From NCBI GenBank assembly GCA_976551045.1, contig CDPCPM010000033.1, positions 11,346,001-11,410,000 of the forward strand: DNA of 64,000 nt, in the 5' to 3' direction. How positions within the stretch are numbered: the first letter of the stretch is position 1; each line of letters begins with the position of its first letter. The notes below the pieces were generated by a model that saw nothing but the letters and a program-made list of their open reading frames with translations, searched no databases and had not been told where the DNA came from. Shown piece by piece: positions 63,881 to 64,000 of the stretch. The position numbers and the translations under genes were made by a program. Source of the stretch: Glaucostegus cemiculus (Eukaryota).

Positions 63881-64000
63881 AAGGCAATTATTCCCTTGGT
63901 TCTGCTCCATTATTCAATGAAATCATGCATGATCCATATCCTAACTCCATTCATTTTTAAGCATTGGAGTGTCTGAAAAATTGTGATACTATTTATCCTC

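Overview
Vertebrate genomic DNA. The repeat content (V-SINEs, Deu-domain SINE relics, CR1/L2/RTE/Rex-Babar LINEs, Penelope-like elements) points to a cartilaginous fish, which is an inference. The only host gene is a complete two-exon engrailed-1 (en1) on the minus strand: join complement(10114..10433,13099..13603), 274 aa, with EH1-EH5 motifs and a CCAAT/E-box CpG-island promoter near 13.9-14.1 kb. The window has two sharply separated compartments. Positions ~1-22.4 kb are AT-rich yet retain CpG and hold no recognisable transposon, like a methylation valley around en1. Positions ~22.7-64 kb are CpG-depleted and full of decayed retroelements, with unique homeodomain-site-rich islands between them. 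The most notable observations are: about seven dispersed Penelope terminal-repeat relics whose consensus is a minimal type-I hammerhead ribozyme, apparently inactivated by CpG decay; stacked upstream ORFs in the en1 leader, one in frame with the CDS; convergent CTCF-like motifs bracketing en1; a PBX/MEIS motif cluster in the intron; a candidate antisense micro-exon; and V-SINEs sharing a head but carrying different tails. Repeat boundaries were judged by eye and are approximate.
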